Shown here piece by piece: positions 63,567 to 64,000 of a DNA stretch of 64,000 nucleotides; the stretch's first letter is position 1, and each line of letters opens with the position of its first letter. The stretch comes from Tubiluchus corallicola. Its lineage: Eukaryota; Animalia; Priapulida. The stretch spans positions 32,591 through 96,590 of the forward strand of contig JAQGDQ010000490.1 in assembly GCA_030141605.1 (NCBI GenBank), read 5' to 3'. A model generated the notes under the pieces. The model had not been told where the DNA came from, made no database searches, and saw only the letters and a program-made list of their open reading frames with translations. Both the position numbers and the translations under genes were made by a program.

Positions 63567-64000
63567 ATAGATAGTTAGTTCAAAGACACAAGTAATTCAT
63601 TAGTTAACACTTAAAATTGAAATATACAAAGTCCACAGAGTACAGAAGCGATACCAAAAAAAATTATCAATGTACATCATCCTATTAGTTATACAAAAGT
63701 ATTATTATAATATATTCTTGTAATATAATATAGATAGTTAGTTCAAAAACACAAGTAATTCATTAGTTAACACTTAAAATTGAAATATACAAAGTCCACA
63801 GAGTACAGAAGCGATACCAAAAAAAATTATCAATGTACATCATCCTATTAGTTATACAAAAGTATTATTATAATATATTCTTGTAATATAATATAGATAG
63901 TTAGTTCAAAAACACAAGTAATTCATTAGTTAACACTTAAAATTGAAATATACAAAGCTCACAGAGTACAGAAGCGATACCAGAAACAATTATCAATGTA
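63567..64000. repeat. Tandem repeat, 163 bp, 2.7 or more copies
   Basis: ATAGATAGTTAGTTCAAA at 63567, 63730 and 63893. Confidence 0.92.

Overview
Repeat-rich genomic DNA from a bilaterian invertebrate (spliceosomal introns, CTCF-like motifs, one assembly gap). From left to right: (1) a young, near-intact BEL/Pao LTR retrotransposon (1-6105, one nonsense codon) inside an intron of an SLC5A8/SMCT-like transporter gene whose last two exons follow it; (2) a 7-exon minus-strand gene, reconstructed by hand, for a 283-aa secreted protein with two DM13 domains; (3) an intronless MMS19; (4) a 7-exon minus-strand fructose-1,6-bisphosphatase; (5) exon 1 of an Emx/empty-spiracles-like homeobox gene. The most unexpected signal is a lone 66-nt sideroflexin-5-like exon with intact splice sites, antisense inside FBPase intron 3 and about 20 kb upstream of the Emx-like gene, echoing the vertebrate EMX1-SFXN5 linkage. 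The rest is CR1-like LINE tails, Kolobok/hAT/piggyBac/pogo-like MITEs, a solo LTR, and many mini- and microsatellites. All family assignments come from motif recognition, not database searches.
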